Positions 28,686-32,000 of a stretch of DNA of 32,000 nt are shown in pieces (position 1 is the first letter of the stretch; each line of letters opens with the position of its first letter). Position numbers and translations under genes: made by a program. This stretch comes from Promethearchaeota archaeon. Lineage in GTDB: Archaea > Asgardarchaeota > Lokiarchaeia > Sigyniarchaeales > Promethearchaeaceae. The stretch is taken from contig JAFGBS010000011.1 of assembly GCA_016933055.1 (NCBI GenBank), positions 22,632 through 54,631 on the forward strand, given 5' to 3'. The notes under the pieces are model-generated. The model was not told the origin of the DNA. It searched no databases and saw only the letters and a program-made list of their open reading frames with translations.

Positions 28686-29162
28686 TGTTGACCAATATTA
28701 ACTGTTCTTTTAAGTATGCTTTAATTTTTACTTATGTTTACTTACTTATTTTTACCATCCCGCTCTTGTAGCTTTAAATGTAATCGCTCGTTCTGTTTTT
28801 CAAATTTTATACGTCTCTTCAGTTATTTTAATCAAATGACGTCCAATTTCCTCTTTGAGAATTAAAAAATTGTATCGGCTTTGTTCTATTTGGGATTAGT
28901 GGGTATATACAAAATATGATTTCTTTCAGTAATCTTCTACCTCAGCCATAGATGAACTAAAATACTCTTTAATTTTTACTCTAGCAATAAAAAAACAAGG
29001 TAGTTAATTGATAATCTAAGAATTTATAAAATAAGTGGTTGAATTAACGACTGACTAATCAAAACTATCGTATTTCATTCCTTAAGTACATCTAAGAGTG
29101 GCACCATCCATAAGATATTCCTATTTATCTTTATCAACAATATGAGAATGTAGTGATCCGGA

Positions 29163-30119
29163 ATGTCGGAGAATATTAAAAACATAAAGAAGGAACATGC
29201 TGATGAAGATTTATTAGCATTATTGGAAAAAAACAATAGAAATGTGCCGTATTTCTATAATGAAGGGATTAGTGATCCCTTTTATATCCCTGTAAAAGGG
29301 GGGGAGATCCGAGCATTCCACCATATACCAAAAAAATCTATTACTAAAAGACCAGTTCTATTTGTACCGGGTTTTGGGACATCGATGTGGGCTTGGAGGG
29401 AATTTAGTCTACCGTTTGTGGAACAAGGAGAATTTTACTTTTTGGAAACACGGGAGAAAAAATCTAGCAAATTTAAGAGCCGATTTAAGGCAAAAATGAC
29501 TCTTGAACAAGTAGCAGAGGATATCAAAGTGGTAATCCAATATCTGGACTTGGATTCTAAAGATTTTGTACTTTTTGGAACCAGTTATTGTGGAGGAGCT
29601 ATATTAAAAGGATTAATAGATAAAACACTCACTGCTCCTACAATTGTTTTATTTGATCCTTTTTTCAAATTACTATATTATAGAAGGTTGATTTCGATTT
29701 TGAGATTTATACCCCCCCGAATTCTGAGTGCTATTCGGTATATTTTAGGTAGAATAGCATTGAAAGGGGAAAAAAATGAGTCACAGAGAGAAAGAGCGAA
29801 ATTTATCAGGGATGAAGCGGAACTGTGGAAATGGCGAAAAGCAAGTGTGAGTATATTAAAATCGAATTTGTTGAATGATCTATCGAAAATCCATGAGGAA
29901 GTTTTAATTTTTCACGGGCCTCAAGATAAACACCATCCGAGTGGAGTATATGAAGATGTTGCAAAACGCATTCCAAATGGGAGATATTTTTCCGCTTTAT
30001 CCCCCGAAGATAAACGAGAACTGGCTTGTGGAGTAATCGGGTTAGAATTTTGTAAAATAAGAGCTGAGGATGGAATACCGAATTCGATACATTTATTCGA
30101 ACACCCCGTGATAAAATGA
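29163..30119 (+). CDS. Alpha/beta-hydrolase-fold protein with an atypical nucleophile elbow
   Basis: VLFVPGFG, LFGTSYCGG (G-x-S-x-C), FHGPQD. Confidence 0.8.
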   Translation: MSENIKNIKKEHADEDLLALLEKNNRNVPYFYNEGISDPFYIPVKGGEIRAFHHIPKKSITKRPVLFVPGFGTSMWAWREFSLPFVEQGEFYFLETREKKSSKFKSRFKAKMTLEQVAEDIKVVIQYLDLDSKDFVLFGTSYCGGAILKGLIDKTLTAPTIVLFDPFFKLLYYRRLISILRFIPPRILSAIRYILGRIALKGEKNESQRERAKFIRDEAELWKWRKASVSILKSNLLNDLSKIHEEVLIFHGPQDKHHPSGVYEDVAKRIPNGRYFSALSPEDKRELACGVIGLEFCKIRAEDGIPNSIHLFEHPVIK

Positions 30120-30245
30120 ATGCTACTGTATTGAAATAAATCCAATGTCAATATTAATGATATGAGTGCTACTCTCTGTACATCTAAGGGAAAATTTTTT
30201 GGATATTACGGGAAGATGTTGCCTAACTAAGTTCTCAAGATAGTA

Positions 30246-30656
30246 TCATGAAGAAATAGGGTCAATTATCTTTACAAAATCCACTCTCATGAAATCTTCA
30301 TCATGAGTTGCAATCGCTTTAATTCCTTTTTTCTTCATATAAGCCAGTATCGTCGCATCTCTACCTCCAACTCCTGTGAATGAATAGGTTTTCAACATCT
30401 TAAAAGCATCATTTATTTCATTGTGAAAGAAATTCCCTATTTCAAATGGTATAGCACTGAATAGCTCCCATTTTTCTTGTGCAATTTCCGGATCGAGTCG
30501 TTTAACTAGATAGTGCATTACTTCCATCACTACCACTACGTTGACTATAATATTAAAATTTGGATAAATCGTATGGAAATGTCTCTTCACAGACTCATGT
30601 TCAGGAGTAGTTTTATCAAACAAGTCCACCCAATAATTAGAATCCACAAATATCAT
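30246..30656 (-). CDS. vapC: VapC-family PIN-domain toxin
   Basis: MIFVDSN, VMEVMH, RDATILA, IATHDEDF (PIN acidic tetrad); the ATG at 30656 overlaps the antitoxin stop (TAATG). Confidence 0.92.
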   Translation of the reverse strand: MIFVDSNYWVDLFDKTTPEHESVKRHFHTIYPNFNIIVNVVVVMEVMHYLVKRLDPEIAQEKWELFSAIPFEIGNFFHNEINDAFKMLKTYSFTGVGGRDATILAYMKKKGIKAIATHDEDFMRVDFVKIIDPISS

Positions 30657-30961
30657 TATTTTGGCTTGTTGGTTTTCCATATTCCTTTAATCGACTCCAC
30701 GGTAATTTTCTTAGAAGTGGGATGTGTGATACATCCGACTAATTCTTTTTCTATTTCATTCAAGGATGGAGATTTTCGTAATGTGATGGAATTGTCAGAT
30801 TCTATTCTTACAGATAGTTTGTCTCCAGATTTCAGTGCTAGTTTTTCTCGTATATCAGCTGGTATGGTAATTCGTCCTCGATCATCCAATTCAATCTTAC
30901 CCATGGTCATACCCATGCCCATAATTTTTCCCATTGTATTAATAAATTTGGATAGAGTCAT
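30656..30961 (-). CDS. AbrB/MazE/SpoVT-family antitoxin (VapB-like)
   Basis: KIELDDRGRITIPADIREKLALKSGDKL; the start is ambiguous (30961, or 30934-30904). Confidence 0.9.
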   Translation of the reverse strand: MTLSKFINTMGKIMGMGMTMGKIELDDRGRITIPADIREKLALKSGDKLSVRIESDNSITLRKSPSLNEIEKELVGCITHPTSKKITVESIKGIWKTNKPK

Positions 30962-31202
30962 TCTACTACTACTACTCTTTAATTATAAGGAAGAGTACAA
31001 TGGGTAAGGTCTATGGGTGATGGGATGGTAGCGGAATGTAAGCGAATACTTAGCATACATATCTACCCATATGGATTTTCTTGCCTTTAGATATTAAATT
31101 TTGGGGAATGGACCTAGATTAAATGCAATAGATGTTGGTTTCATGATAGATATAGTTTATATTCGAATATAACGGTATATTTAGGTCAAGAGGTAGATCA
31201 TT

Positions 31203-31541
31203 TTGGTGAAAATTGATATCGGGTTTAACCCCGAATTAACTGAACAAGCAGTTCTGAACATTTTACAACAACATCTGCCGTATAAAGTAGAGATGTGGAA
31301 AGCGATTGGTTCAGGTGTCTCAGTTTGGAAAAACGTGCTTTTAGGAGCAATAGTGAAATTGAAACAAGGTTCAAATACTACGATCCTGTCTGTTGAGGGT
31401 AATCCTCCCTCGCTAATAATGCGTCTAGTATGTTGTGTCTTTGGATTTATCTGCGGATTAATTGTTTTATTCTTATTATCAGGGAACTTTGCGGGTAAGG
31501 TAGCAGAAGAGATTAGAAAGATTCCACAATTCCAAAAATAA
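31203..31541 (+). CDS. Small protein with one C-terminal TM helix, unknown function
   Basis: 112-aa ORF with an alpha/beta N-terminal part and LVCCVFGFICGLIVLFLL helix. Confidence 0.7.
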   Translation: MVKIDIGFNPELTEQAVLNILQQHLPYKVEMWKAIGSGVSVWKNVLLGAIVKLKQGSNTTILSVEGNPPSLIMRLVCCVFGFICGLIVLFLLSGNFAGKVAEEIRKIPQFQK

Positions 31542-32000
31542 TACAGTAACTCAAATTATAGAAAATTGAAGATTTCTTTCACTTCATATTTTTTTTTTAT
31601 TAATCGACATCTATTCTGTTGAATACATCGTAAATAGAATCCCTTTGACTTAAAAATATCTTTCTAAAGCGTGAAATGCATAAACTGGAATATGTTAGAA
31701 ATTTTAGCACCCGTACGCATGTAGAATAGGGCGGTCCTCGGTCCGGGAACGTAAAATGAGGTCAGATCTATTTCAAAAACCGAATGTGAAGCATGAGTCG
31801 TATTCATACGCAACATGAATCTAAAGTTACACCAAATAGACAGAAGTTTGGACTATATGCCCTCTGTACACCTAAGTGAAAATTATTGGGTACCACGGAA
31901 TAAAATTTAATTAATCAACATCTACACCGCCCTTTTAACGAGAACTATAGTCCCATTTCAAAAATTGGTAACGCACGTGGATAACCACGCATAGCGTGGG

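Noticed and set aside
28755-28980. Minus-strand frame reading like a pseudogene, with two TGAs that could be read as Trp
   Set aside because: Three stops in about 75 codons is not clearly different from random AT-rich DNA, no family is recognisable, and the intact genes in the window give no sign of TGA recoding
30963-30976. (CTA)n microsatellite next to the antitoxin 5' end
   Set aside because: Only about four units, too short to argue for phase variation
30513-31007. 164-aa + strand ORF
   Set aside because: Antisense to the clearly recognisable vapBC pair

Overview
AT-rich prokaryotic window, most likely from an Asgard archaeon (Lokiarchaeia/Promethearchaeota-like). This is inferred from Loki-CTERM-like anchors, TATA-type promoters, oligo-T terminators, a tungsten AOR and the style of the LRR N-cap. 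Contents in order: several membrane-anchored surface proteins and a decayed remnant of one; a 1332-aa soluble LRR-TIR protein; a UPF0175/DUF3368 toxin-antitoxin (TA) pair; hydrolases; a putative catabolic unit (Nramp-like transporter, two divergent ketol-acid reductoisomerase (KARI) paralogues, AOR) with a divergent wHTH regulator and a DUF3604/PHP metallohydrolase; a URO-D-family protein; a GH31 glycosidase; and an AbrB/VapC TA pair. I saw no rRNA, tRNA, CRISPR array, integrase or complete transposase. The best leads are: (1) the LRR-TIR protein, with plant-NLR-style LRRs, three island insertions and an intact catalytic Glu; (2) the two tandem KARI paralogues, which have lost reciprocal halves of the inter-subunit active site and so predict an obligate heterodimer; (3) a covarying 21-nt hairpin repeat that brackets the beta-helix/PKD gene like a cassette; and (4) matching tandem 15-bp operator-like sites on both sides of the regulator. 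All domain calls are by-eye motif recognition; no database search was run.
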